Source of the DNA: Syntrophomonadaceae bacterium
GTDB taxonomy: Bacteria; Bacillota; Dethiobacteria; DTU022
Direction: 5' to 3'
Length of the DNA stretch: 25,490 nt
Assembly (NCBI GenBank): GCA_007126465.1
Contig: SLBE01000046.1
Span: 1 to 25,490 of the forward strand
Shown: positions 1 to 8,979 of the stretch, piece by piece
Layout: each line of letters opens with the position of its first letter
Numbering within the stretch: position 1 is the first letter of the stretch
Notes under the pieces: model-generated
What the model was told of the DNA's origin: nothing
The model's database searches: none
Seen by the model: the letters and a program-made list of their open reading frames with translations, nothing else
Translations under genes and position numbers: made by a program

Positions 1-38
1 AATGACCAGTATAATGAAAGCAGGATTGATAGCATCAT
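1..38 (-). CDS. Second short-chain chromate transporter subunit, N-terminal fragment (runs off left edge)
   Basis: On the minus strand, TAATG overlaps the stop of the upstream CHR gene. An AGGAGG RBS lies at ~47-52 (minus). Reads MMLSILLSLYWS(F), like the N-terminus of CHR proteins before the FGGG motif. Short-chain CHR genes usually occur in pairs. Confidence 0.65.
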   Translation of the reverse strand, partial: MMLSILLSLYWS

Positions 39-604
39 TAAAAATACCTCCTGCTTAATATTAGTCCGGCCAGCCCGCCCAGAAGCAGGATCAAAATAGG
101 GTGAGCCTGGGAAACAATAGCTATTACCAGCAGGATTGCACAGAGGATTATCGCACTCCAGCCCTGCAGTATTTCGCGCCCCATTTTAATGGCAGCAGCT
201 GCAATCAGGGCAACAACAGCGGGTCTGAGTCCATAAAAAACAGCCTGGACATATTCATTGTGTCTTACTACGGGATATATAAAAGCGGCAATAATCAAAA
301 GAATTATAACGGAAGGTGCAGTGACACCAAGAGCTCCGACAAGCCCACCTACGGTACCGCGCAGGCGAATTCCGATTTGAATAGCACTGTTTAGAGCCAG
401 TTGCCCGGGCATACCCTGGGTGATAATTAAAATATCGGCAAAATCTCTCTGGGTTACCCATTTTTTGTTTTCCACTACTTCCTGCTGGATCACGGGAAGG
501 ATAGCGTATCCGCCACCAAAAGTAAAAGCGCCCACCTTGAAAAATGTGAGCAGAATTGACCAGAGTGATTCGGTTTTTGCATTAATTTCAGGCTGGGGTG
601 CCAA
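38..604 (-). CDS. chrA: Short-chain chromate transporter (CHR family)
   Basis: 188 aa hydrophobic protein with FFKVGAFTFGGGYA, the Q-x-x-PG motif (QGMPG) and GLRPAVVAL, all typical of CHR-family half-transporters. Confidence 0.9.
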   Translation of the reverse strand: MAPQPEINAKTESLWSILLTFFKVGAFTFGGGYAILPVIQQEVVENKKWVTQRDFADILIITQGMPGQLALNSAIQIGIRLRGTVGGLVGALGVTAPSVIILLIIAAFIYPVVRHNEYVQAVFYGLRPAVVALIAAAAIKMGREILQGWSAIILCAILLVIAIVSQAHPILILLLGGLAGLILSRRYF

Positions 605-635
605 TGATTGGGCCTCGCTTTCAGCGAAGTGTGGT

Positions 636-1133
636 TTATTCTGTCTCGGAGTCTTTTAAATAATTAATCGGGCCTGCCGTGTCTTCTGAGTCTTCAAAAA
701 CCCTCATAACTGCCTGCAAAGAAACTACCAGGTTTTCCCTTTCAGTTTCGTCCAGGCGTTGTGCCAGGTTGTTAAAGCGGTGTGACCTTCTTTCAAAAAC
801 CAGGCGTGAGAGCTGTCTGCCGTAAGAGGTTAGGGCTACGCGGACAATACGGCGATCATTTTCATCACCGCGCCTTTTAACCAGGTTCAAATTAACCAGC
901 CGGTTGACCAGGCGCGTGGCGGCACTTTCAGCCAGGTATATTTCCTGGCTCAGCTTGCCCATCGTCAGGTCATCGTGGAAATATAAAACCAGCAAAGCAT
1001 TGATCTGGCTGGGTGTAATGCCCAGGCCGGTCAATTCACGGCTTTCTTCAGCGTTCAGGTAATGCATCAGCTTGGGGAATATTGCCTGGATTGCTGCGGT
1101 AAATTTTTCGGCATCGCGATATTCGCTACTCAT
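636..1133 (-). CDS. MarR-family transcriptional regulator
   Basis: Winged-helix MarR signature (ITPSQINAL...LTMGKLSQ...ATRLVNRLVNLNLVKRRGDENDRRIVRVALT). Start refined to the ATG at 1133, preceded by AAGGAG. Confidence 0.9.
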   Translation of the reverse strand: MSSEYRDAEKFTAAIQAIFPKLMHYLNAEESRELTGLGITPSQINALLVLYFHDDLTMGKLSQEIYLAESAATRLVNRLVNLNLVKRRGDENDRRIVRVALTSYGRQLSRLVFERRSHRFNNLAQRLDETERENLVVSLQAVMRVFEDSEDTAGPINYLKDSETE

Positions 1134-1185
1134 GTTGCGGCTCCTTCTATTCAATTTGGTTTCCGTATGCCTGTAATATATAAAT

Positions 1186-1214
1186 AGATTAGGCTATTTA
1201 TATAAAGCTGTCAA
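1186..1214 (-). promoter_or_regulatory. Putative sigmaA promoter for marR-chr operon
   Basis: Minus strand TTGACA (1214-1209), N17, TAATCT (1191-1186). Confidence 0.55.
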
Positions 1215-1226
1215 GCTGGGGAGCAA

Positions 1227-1255
1227 TTGTTTATGACTTAACGTTTTGTTATAAT
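1227..1255 (+). promoter_or_regulatory. Putative sigmaA promoter (extended -10) for AmmeMemoRadiSam operon
   Basis: TTGTTT (1227-1232), N17, TATAAT (1250-1255), with TG at 1247-1248. Confidence 0.6.
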
Positions 1256-1353
1256 TTGATATATAAGGATTGAAAAAGAATTAAAGGCCGAAGCTCAGGC
1301 GGCCTGATTTATGTCGCCGTTCGAGCTTAACGGGCTGAAGGCAGGTGACTTTA

Positions 1354-2172
1354 ATGCTTACAATGATTGGTTTAGCTCCCCATCCGCCCATTATTATTCC
1401 TGAAATCGGCAGGGACAGGCTTGATGAAGCCGAAAAAACTGTTAACGGGATGCAAGAATTAAGCAGGCAAATGAAGGAAGCCGCGCCTGAAGTTTTGCTG
1501 GTAATAACTCCACACGGAAGGATAGTAGCGGAAGGTCCGGCTATTCAAACTGGCGGGGAATTAAAGGGAAATTTTGGACAGTTTGGTTTTCCCGGTATTA
1601 ATGTTTCACTGGAAACAGACAGAGAACTGGTTGACCTGATTGTAGAAGAGTCTGCAAAAGGCCAACTTCAGCCGCTGCTTCTTGCTGATAAAGATCCTCT
1701 CCTCCGCGGGGGAGGCAGCCTGGATCACGGTGCCATGGTTCCCCTATACTACCTGCAGCAGGCAGGCTTAAATATACCCGGAGTCCATATCACTTATAGC
1801 TTTCATCCCCTTGACCAGATTTATGATTTCGGTCGAGCCATTAAAGCAGCAGCAGAAAAGAGGGATAAGAGGGTTGCAGTTCTGGCCAGCGGAGATCTGT
1901 CTCACCGTCTTACACGGGGGGCTCCCGCAGGATATAATCCCCGTGGTGCCGAATTTGACCAGCAGCTGGTCGGATATATTCGTGATGGAGAGGTAGATAA
2001 AATATTGAACTTTGATCAGCAGCTCGCAGAAGAAGCCGGTGAATGCGGCCTGCGCTCCTTTGTAATGGCCCTTGGTATACTTGACGGGGAAAACTTTACT
2101 TCAGAGGTCATCTCTTATGAAGGACCTTTCGGTGTTGGCTATCTTGTTGCCACGCTTAAACCTTTAAAGTAG
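1354..2172 (+). CDS. amrB: AmmeMemoRadiSam system protein B (MEMO/LigB-like class III extradiol dioxygenase fold)
   Basis: APHPP N-terminus, ITPHG, LDHGAMVPL, ASGDLSHRL, GECGLRS and SYEGPFGVGY motifs. Adjacent to AMMECR1 and radical SAM genes. ORF opens at GTG 1345; ATG 1354 has AGGTG 6 nt upstream. Confidence 0.88.
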   Translation: MLTMIGLAPHPPIIIPEIGRDRLDEAEKTVNGMQELSRQMKEAAPEVLLVITPHGRIVAEGPAIQTGGELKGNFGQFGFPGINVSLETDRELVDLIVEESAKGQLQPLLLADKDPLLRGGGSLDHGAMVPLYYLQQAGLNIPGVHITYSFHPLDQIYDFGRAIKAAAEKRDKRVAVLASGDLSHRLTRGAPAGYNPRGAEFDQQLVGYIRDGEVDKILNFDQQLAEEAGECGLRSFVMALGILDGENFTSEVISYEGPFGVGYLVATLKPLK

Positions 2173-2243
2173 AAGAATTATATACTACTAAACCATACTC
2201 TTTTGCTTTGGCCTGCAGGCATTGATATGAAGAGGTGATTGAA

Positions 2244-2777
2244 GTGAATAGATCTGGAGACAATCTAAATCCTGCAATTTTAGCCAGGAGAGCACTTGAA
2301 TTTTACCTGAAGGAAGGTTCCCTGCCGGAAATACCCGGCAGCCTTCCGGCTGAGTACTACAGCAGGGCAGGAGTATTTGTTTCTTTAAAGAAAGATGACC
2401 AATTGCGCGGCTGTATCGGAACGGTAGAGCCGGTCCGTGACAACCTTGCCGAAGAAATTGCGTTCAACGCTGTTAGCGCTGCAGTGCGGGATCCGCGCTT
2501 TACTCCGGTAGATATAGAAGAGCTTCCTTCACTTTCTGTGACTGTGGATGTTTTAGGCCCGATGGAGCGAATCAGCAGCGAAGATGAGCTTGATCCTCAA
2601 CAGTATGGAGTGCTGGTGCGCAGTGGTTCGCGCAGCGGGTTGCTGCTGCCGAATCTTGAAGGTGTTAATACAGTAAAAGAACAGCTTGATATCGCCCGAC
2701 GTAAAGCTGGTATTATGCCCGGTCAAAAGGCGAATTTATACCGTTTTAAAGTCACCCGCTACGGGGAAGGCGATTAA
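2244..2777 (+). CDS. amrA: AmmeMemoRadiSam system protein A (AMMECR1 domain)
   Basis: GVFVSLKK..LRGCIGT, DPRF, GLLLPNL motifs of AMMECR1. ORF opens at 2235; GTG 2244 follows a GAGGTG RBS. Confidence 0.92.
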   Translation: MNRSGDNLNPAILARRALEFYLKEGSLPEIPGSLPAEYYSRAGVFVSLKKDDQLRGCIGTVEPVRDNLAEEIAFNAVSAAVRDPRFTPVDIEELPSLSVTVDVLGPMERISSEDELDPQQYGVLVRSGSRSGLLLPNLEGVNTVKEQLDIARRKAGIMPGQKANLYRFKVTRYGEGD

Positions 2778-2805
2778 GTTTAAAGATAAATAGGAGCTGG
2801 TTTAA

Positions 2806-3822
2806 GTGCATAAAGCCCTTTACTATGATAAGGAAAATAGCAAAATCCACTGCCGGCTCTGTCCCCGTAATTGCCTCTTGCAGGAAGGTCAGACCGGAAC
2901 ATGTGGAGTGCGCACTGTAGAGCAGGGCGAACTATACACTGCGAATTACGGAAAGCTGGCAGCGGCTAACTGGGATCCCGTTGAGAAAAAACCCCTTTAT
3001 CATTTTCACCCCGGCCGGCCGATTTTATCCCTGGGGACGTTTGGCTGCAATTTTCTCTGTTCCTTTTGCCAGAACTGGTCATTGGCCCGTGGTAATCCTT
3101 CACAGGCGGTTGATACAGTTGAACCGGAAGATGTTCTGGCCATGCTGGATAAAGCCGGTGGCCCCGAAAAAGTGCTTGGTGTTGCCTATACTTATAATGA
3201 ACCGGTAATCTGGTATGAGTTTGTTTTTGACACAGCCCGTCTTTTAAACGAAAAGGGGTACAGTAACGTTCTGGTTACCAATGGTTATATACAAAAGGAG
3301 CCGCTGCAGGATTTACTTCCCTATATCGATGCCATGAATATTGATGTCAAGGCATTCAGTGATCATTTTTATCGGGAATACTGCCGCGGCTCGAGGAAGC
3401 CTGTTATAGAAACAGTGGAAGCAGCAGTTAAAGAGTGCCATATTGAAATTACCTGTCTTCTCATACCGACCTTAAATGACAGAGAGGAAGAACAGGAAGC
3501 ACTGGTATCCTGGCTGGGAAGTCTTAGCCCGGACATAGTTCTGCATTACTCACGCTACTTCCCGCAGTACAAAATGGATTTACCGGCCACTCCGGTTAAG
3601 GTAATGGAAGAAGCTAAAAAGAGAGCGGAGAAGCATTTGAACTATGTTTACCTCGGAAATGTTAATCTACCTGGTTCAGCTGACACTAATTGCCCGTACT
3701 GCGGCAATCTCCTGGTAAATCGAAGTGGTTACCAGGCTGAAATAACCGGCCTGACCGGTGATTCCAGGTGTAATAACTGTGGCGGTATTATAAGTATTAT
3801 ATTACCGCAACCTTTATGTTAA
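2806..3822 (+). CDS. amrS: AmmeMemoRadiSam radical SAM enzyme
   Basis: CxxxCxxC (CNFLCSFC), N-terminal CRLCPRNC...CGVR, DPVEKKPLYHF, YTYNEP, C-terminal CPYCG and CNNCG. Confidence 0.93.
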   Translation: MHKALYYDKENSKIHCRLCPRNCLLQEGQTGTCGVRTVEQGELYTANYGKLAAANWDPVEKKPLYHFHPGRPILSLGTFGCNFLCSFCQNWSLARGNPSQAVDTVEPEDVLAMLDKAGGPEKVLGVAYTYNEPVIWYEFVFDTARLLNEKGYSNVLVTNGYIQKEPLQDLLPYIDAMNIDVKAFSDHFYREYCRGSRKPVIETVEAAVKECHIEITCLLIPTLNDREEEQEALVSWLGSLSPDIVLHYSRYFPQYKMDLPATPVKVMEEAKKRAEKHLNYVYLGNVNLPGSADTNCPYCGNLLVNRSGYQAEITGLTGDSRCNNCGGIISIILPQPLC

Positions 3823-3837
3823 CTTTGTAGAAGAGTT

Positions 3838-3865
3838 GCAGGTATTTGCTTCATAAAAATAGAAT
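3838..3865 (+). promoter_or_regulatory. Putative sigmaH-type promoter upstream of cdaA
   Basis: GCAGGTATT, N12, ATAGAAT resembles the Bacillus sigmaH consensus RNAGGAWWW-N11/12-RNNGAAT. Confidence 0.4.
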
Positions 3866-3932
3866 ATAGTTTTAGGCTCTTAAAGAAAACTTCTTAGAAG
3901 CCGTAAACTTTAAAAAGAGGGTTCTGTAGAAA

Positions 3933-4766
3933 GTGGCAATATTGGAAAGAATCATTGCAGCAATTCTTCAGGTCGATGTCGAATGGCTTGATATCGTTGA
4001 TATCGCTATTATATCCTACGTTATTTACCGCCTGATACTGCTTATCCGCGGAACCCGGGCCGAGCAGCTTGTTAAAGGGCTAATTGTGCTGTTACTGGCC
4101 ACGGTAATAAGCGATCAGGTCGGGCTTGATACTCTTCATTGGACACTTCGCCAGACAATGACCGTTGGTTTAATTGCTATCCCCATTGTCCTGCAGCCTG
4201 AACTGCGCAGGGCCCTGGAGCATCTAGGCCGAGGGAAAATTTTTCAGTCAACCTATTTCAGCACGAGCAGCCAGGATTTTGATAATATGCTTGACGAGCT
4301 TACCAAGGCCATTTCCGTTTTGGTGAAAAAGCGGATAGGGGCCCTGATTGTAATGGAGCGCAGCACGGGTTTAAAGGAATTTGCCGATACAGGTATTGAG
4401 GTAAATGGTCAAGTAACTGCTGAGCTACTGGTAAATATTTTCTTCCCCCGCAGCCCCCTGCATGACGGTGCGGTGATTATCCAGGGGAATCAGATTGCTG
4501 CAGCCGGATGTTATCTGCCTATGACTGAAGACCCAAACCTGAGTAAGGAACTGGGTACCAGGCATCGTGCCGGAATCGGTATTACAGAGCACTCGGATGC
4601 CCTGGCTATTATTGTTTCTGAGGAAACCGGTATTATTTCGGTTGCCAATGATGGAGTTCTTTCCCGCTATCTTGATGAGAAAAAATTGCGCAACCTGCTT
4701 GTAGAAGAATGTTCACCCGAGCGCAGCGACGGGTTTAGCCTGTGGTCCTGGAGGAGTAATAAATAA
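3933..4766 (+). CDS. cdaA: Diadenylate cyclase CdaA/DacA
   Basis: N-terminal TM helices, QPELRRALE, catalytic HDGA and GTRHRA motifs, VSEETG. Lies upstream of a YbbR gene and glmM. Confidence 0.96.
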   Translation: MAILERIIAAILQVDVEWLDIVDIAIISYVIYRLILLIRGTRAEQLVKGLIVLLLATVISDQVGLDTLHWTLRQTMTVGLIAIPIVLQPELRRALEHLGRGKIFQSTYFSTSSQDFDNMLDELTKAISVLVKKRIGALIVMERSTGLKEFADTGIEVNGQVTAELLVNIFFPRSPLHDGAVIIQGNQIAAAGCYLPMTEDPNLSKELGTRHRAGIGITEHSDALAIIVSEETGIISVANDGVLSRYLDEKKLRNLLVEECSPERSDGFSLWSWRSNK

Positions 4767-4768
4767 TT

Positions 4769-5500
4769 ATGGAAAGTTTTTTCCGCAGTAATAAATTTGT
4801 AATGGCCGTAGCAATATTTATGGCAGTAATAATGTGGCTTTTTGTCACCGGTGACAAGATTGCCCGCACTACACCTCAGCGTGAAATTTGGCGGGATGTT
4901 CCCCTCCAGGTGGAAAACCTCAGCCAGGATTACGTGGTAATTGACATTATTGAGACAGTAGATGTTACCATTGAAGGGCTCTCCGATGACTTTGAAGGCC
5001 TCACCATGCAGGAAATTGAAGTTTATGTTGACCTGGCCGATAAAGGTTCCGGAAACCACCTGGTCAGGGTCCAGGGTAATGTGCCCAGTGGTTTAAGCAT
5101 TGTTTTGATCGAACCAGAACAGGTCCGGGTAAGCCTGGAAGCCTATTATTCAGAGGATTTTGAAGTAGAAGTAAATATGATTGGAGAGCCCGCTGAAGGA
5201 TGGGAAATTGATGAGTATGAAGTCATTCCGGAAGATGTTTTAATTGGTGCCCCGGAAAGCATTTTTGAACAGGTTGATCGGGTTGTTGCTTTAGTTGATG
5301 TAACCGGAATGAGATTAATAGAAAGCGTGGAGCTATCACCGGTGGTTTACGATATCGACGGTAACCGGGTCAATGACCTGGTGATGGATCCATCACTGGT
5401 GACGGTTAGGTTGGAGTTTTCACGAATCACAGAGCCTGAGCCTGAACCGGAAGAAAATGAAGAAATTACAGAAGGTAATAATTCAGAGGAATCTAACTAA
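4769..5500 (+). CDS. cdaR: CdaA regulatory protein CdaR (YbbR-domain protein), short form with acidic tail
   Basis: N-terminal membrane anchor (A..LW.FV), YbbR-like beta repeats (VTIEG..., VYVDL..., P.QVRVSLE) and canonical position between cdaA and glmM. Confidence 0.85.
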   Translation: MESFFRSNKFVMAVAIFMAVIMWLFVTGDKIARTTPQREIWRDVPLQVENLSQDYVVIDIIETVDVTIEGLSDDFEGLTMQEIEVYVDLADKGSGNHLVRVQGNVPSGLSIVLIEPEQVRVSLEAYYSEDFEVEVNMIGEPAEGWEIDEYEVIPEDVLIGAPESIFEQVDRVVALVDVTGMRLIESVELSPVVYDIDGNRVNDLVMDPSLVTVRLEFSRITEPEPEPEENEEITEGNNSEESN

Positions 5501-5529
5501 CTATAACCAGTGAAACAGGAGGTTTGTCT

Positions 5530-6870
5530 TTGGGAAAACTATTTGGAACTGACGGAATCAGAGGGGTGGCAAACCGTGATTTAACCCCTGAACTTTTTTT
5601 TAGGATTGGCAGAATTGCAGCCTGGATGCTGGGCCGGAAACATAAAAAACCGGTATTTGTTATAGGGCGTGACACCCGTCTTTCCGGTCCCATGCTTGAA
5701 GGGTCGCTTACCGCGGGAATAACCTCTGCAGGTGGGGAGGTAAAGCTGCTTGGGATAGTCTCAACTCCTGCCATTGCTTACCTGACTGCCAACCTGAATA
5801 TTGCTGCGGGGATGGTAATATCCGCCTCACATAACCCCATTGAAGACAATGGCTTAAAAATATTTGACAGCAGGGGTTTCAAACTGCCCGATCAGATGGA
5901 ATCAGAAATTGAAAACTATTACTTTCAGGGTCTTGATGAGCTGCCGCGGCCTGAAGGTCAGAAGGTGGGACAGGCCTACCCGGACGATGCAGCGTTGGAG
6001 CAGTATTTAAAACACTTAAAAGTAAATTCTGCCAGGTTAGACGGGATGAAACTGGTCATCGACTGTGCCCACGGTGCCGTATGTAGGGTGGCAGGGCGGC
6101 TGTTAAGTGAACTTGGCGCTGATGTTAAGATGCTCCACGATGAACCGGACGGCACTTTGATTAATGTAAACTGCGGGGCTACTGATACTGCCGATTTGCA
6201 GAGAGAAGTCGTTAAGCAGGGGGCGGTGGCAGGGCTTGCCTTTGATGGTGATGCCGATCGCCTGATTGCCGTGGATGAAAAAGGCAGTGAAGTTGACGGA
6301 GATGCAATCATGTCGATCTGTGCTGTCGATATGGCCCAAAAAGGTGAATTGAAAAAAGATACCCTTGTTGCCACAGTTATGAGTAACGGCGGGCTTGATA
6401 TTCTTGCTGAAAAGCACGGCCTAAAAGTAGAGAGGACAGCAGTAGGCGACCGCTATGTTTTGGAAAAGCTCGTTTCAGGTGGCTATAACCTGGGCGGTGA
6501 ACAATCCGGACACATTATTTTTTCCGATCACGCCACCACCGGTGACGGCTTACTTACTGCCCTGCAGCTTCTAAAAGTAATGAAGGAAGATGAAAAGCCC
6601 TTATCAGAGTTGGCAGCCCGCCTGGAACGTCTCCCTCAGGTCCTGGTCAATCAGAAAGTAGAAACCAGGGATGGATGGGCTGAAAAACCTCGAATAACAG
6701 GGGCAATCAGAAAAATAGAAGACGAGCTGGGCAAACATGGTCGGATTCTGGTGCGGCCTTCCGGAACTGAAGCTAAAATAAGAGTAATGATTGAAGCACC
6801 TCTCGATAAAGAGGCCCTGCTCGAGCATGCAGAATCCCTGGCAGAAATCATCAGGGAAGAGCAGAGCTGA
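5530..6870 (+). CDS. glmM: Phosphoglucosamine mutase
   Basis: LFGTDGIRG, SASHNP (phosphoserine), FDGDADR, GGEQSGH and RPSGTE motifs. TTG 5530 is 7 nt after AGGAGG (ORF opens at 5524). Confidence 0.97.
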   Translation: MGKLFGTDGIRGVANRDLTPELFFRIGRIAAWMLGRKHKKPVFVIGRDTRLSGPMLEGSLTAGITSAGGEVKLLGIVSTPAIAYLTANLNIAAGMVISASHNPIEDNGLKIFDSRGFKLPDQMESEIENYYFQGLDELPRPEGQKVGQAYPDDAALEQYLKHLKVNSARLDGMKLVIDCAHGAVCRVAGRLLSELGADVKMLHDEPDGTLINVNCGATDTADLQREVVKQGAVAGLAFDGDADRLIAVDEKGSEVDGDAIMSICAVDMAQKGELKKDTLVATVMSNGGLDILAEKHGLKVERTAVGDRYVLEKLVSGGYNLGGEQSGHIIFSDHATTGDGLLTALQLLKVMKEDEKPLSELAARLERLPQVLVNQKVETRDGWAEKPRITGAIRKIEDELGKHGRILVRPSGTEAKIRVMIEAPLDKEALLEHAESLAEIIREEQS

Positions 6871-6978
6871 TTACTTAAACATCAAATGCGCAATTTATGT
6901 TGATATGTTACTCCTTGAGCCTGCTTAAGAAAACTGCGCAGTTATAATATATCTATGGTAGCAATGAATATTTGGCGA

Positions 6979-6987
6979 TGTTATAAT
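6979..6987 (+). promoter_or_regulatory. Putative extended -10 promoter upstream of glmS
   Basis: TG-T-TATAAT at 6979-6987. A second TATAAT lies at 6943-6948. No good -35 seen. Confidence 0.4.
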
Positions 6988-7036
6988 ACTTGAGGTTGCA
7001 GTTATTATTTCAGTAAATTTATGCGGGGGTCTGAAT

Positions 7037-8875
7037 ATGTGCGGTATTGTTGGTTATACAGGCTTTAAAGAAGCAAATACAATTCTAATAGATGGCTTAA
7101 AAAAGCTCGAATACCGTGGTTATGACTCTGCCGGCATAGCCCTGCAGCTTGAAGGTAAATTAAAGATCACTAAAGCGGCAGGATCTGTTGCCGACCTCGA
7201 AAGTAAAATGGATGAAGGAGACAGCGAGGTTAAAGTCGGAATAGGCCACACCCGCTGGGCAACCCACGGCCGCCCGACTGACGAAAACGCTCACCCCCAC
7301 TATAGCTGTTGCGAAAAATTTGCCGTTATTCACAACGGTATTATAGAAAATCATCAAGCCCTGCGTCAGTGGTTGAAAGAGGAGACAGGCCACGAATTCC
7401 GATCAGAAACCGATACCGAAGTCCTGGCTCACCTGGTGGAAGAATACTATAAAGATGATCTTCTCGAGGCAGTACGCAATGCGGTTGCCAGGGTGGAAGG
7501 CTCATATGCCATGGTAGTTATATCTTCCCATGAGCCTGAACGCCTGGTTTGTGCCCGCCAGGACAGCCCCCTGATTGTTGGGTTGGGTGAAGATGAAAAC
7601 TTTGTTGCCTCTGACATTCCGGCGCTTTTAGCCCATACAAGAAAAACTAAAATTTTGGAAGATGGTGAGTTTGCATCAATAACCCCCGAACAGGTTGAGA
7701 TTTTTGATGCGGAAGGCAAAAGCATTGATAAGGAAGTATTCGAAATTACCTGGGATATAGAATCAGCCGAAAAGGGCGGCTATGAACATTTTATGCTCAA
7801 GGAAATTATGGAGCAGCCTGCCGTGGCAAAAGAAACTATGCGCCAGCGTATTGACCCTGCCAACGGAAGAGTTAAGCTGGATGAGATCAACTTAACAGAT
7901 GAAGAAATTCAGACGTTAGATAATATATATATTGTAGCCTGCGGCACTGCCTACCATGCCGGTCTTCTTGGTAAAGCCGTGCTGGAAGATCTTGCCGGCA
8001 TACCGGTTGAAGTTGATGTCGCCTCGGAATTTCGCTACCGCAGGCCAATATTTAAAGAGAACCAGCTGGTTATAGTGATCAGCCAGTCCGGTGAAACTGC
8101 CGATACCCTGGCTGCCCTGCGGATGGCCCGGCAAAAAGGGGTAAAGGTTCTGGCCATTACCAATGTAGTAGGCAGCTCTGTATCCCGTGAAGCGGATGAA
8201 GTTCTTTACACCTGGGCTGGTCCGGAAATCGCTGTTGCCTCTACCAAGGCTTACCTGACGCAGCTTGTTGCTCTTTACCTGGTTGCTATTTATTTCGGGG
8301 AATTGAGGGGTTACCTGGCTTCCGAAAAAGCTGATGAGCTGGTCAAAGGCTTAAAAGAGCTGCCCGGGCAGCTGGAACAGGTTCTTTCTGAAGAAAGCCT
8401 GGCTAAGCTGCACAAATACTGCGAGCATCTTTCCAAGTGGGACAACGCTTTCTTTGTCGGGCGCAACCTGGACTACCCGGTAGCCAGGGAAGGAGCCCTT
8501 AAACTAAAAGAGATATCTTATATCCATGCCGAAGCTTATGCTGCAGGGGAACTTAAACACGGGCCGCTGGCCCTGATCGTAGATGGCGTGCCGGTAGTGG
8601 CATTGATAACACAAAAAGCTGTATACGACAAAACCCTGAGCAATATCCAGGAAGTTAATGCCCGTGGTGGCGCCGTATTTGCCATAACCATGGAAGGTAA
8701 TGATGATGTTGCCGAGCAGGTTGAGTCGGTATTTTATCTGCCCCCGGTTAACGATGTCCTGGCTCCGGTCCTGGCAGCAGTGCCGACCCAGTTAATTGCT
8801 TACTATACCGCCCTGGCCCGCGGCAGTTCAGTTGATAAACCCCGTAACCTGGCTAAGAGTGTTACTGTGGAGTAG
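7037..8875 (+). CDS. glmS: Glutamine--fructose-6-phosphate transaminase (isomerizing)
   Basis: MCGIVG N-terminal Cys, EYRGYDSAG, GHTRWATHG, SQSGETADT, ELKHGP and DKPRNLAKSVTVE C-terminus. Confidence 0.98.
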   Translation: MCGIVGYTGFKEANTILIDGLKKLEYRGYDSAGIALQLEGKLKITKAAGSVADLESKMDEGDSEVKVGIGHTRWATHGRPTDENAHPHYSCCEKFAVIHNGIIENHQALRQWLKEETGHEFRSETDTEVLAHLVEEYYKDDLLEAVRNAVARVEGSYAMVVISSHEPERLVCARQDSPLIVGLGEDENFVASDIPALLAHTRKTKILEDGEFASITPEQVEIFDAEGKSIDKEVFEITWDIESAEKGGYEHFMLKEIMEQPAVAKETMRQRIDPANGRVKLDEINLTDEEIQTLDNIYIVACGTAYHAGLLGKAVLEDLAGIPVEVDVASEFRYRRPIFKENQLVIVISQSGETADTLAALRMARQKGVKVLAITNVVGSSVSREADEVLYTWAGPEIAVASTKAYLTQLVALYLVAIYFGELRGYLASEKADELVKGLKELPGQLEQVLSEESLAKLHKYCEHLSKWDNAFFVGRNLDYPVAREGALKLKEISYIHAEAYAAGELKHGPLALIVDGVPVVALITQKAVYDKTLSNIQEVNARGGAVFAITMEGNDDVAEQVESVFYLPPVNDVLAPVLAAVPTQLIAYYTALARGSSVDKPRNLAKSVTVE

Positions 8876-8901
8876 GTCATATATAGTATTTATATTAGAG
8901 C

Positions 8902-8940
8902 ATACGGTATGTTTGTAACAATCAGACATGCCGTATTTGT
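8902..8940 (+). terminator. Likely intrinsic terminator after glmS
   Basis: 14-bp stem ATACGGTATGTTTG / CAGACATGCCGTAT (two G-U pairs), 7-nt loop, followed by a T-rich tract. Confidence 0.65.
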
Positions 8941-8979
8941 ATATGTATGCCATAAATAGTTAATTATACAAGTAAAAAC

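Noticed and set aside
5422-5497. PEPEPEPEENEE low-complexity repeat in CdaR
   Set aside because: Ordinary acidic/proline tail, not a DNA repeat element.
6871-7036. glmS ribozyme
   Set aside because: No AGCGCC cleavage-site core or the expected paired elements seen by eye.
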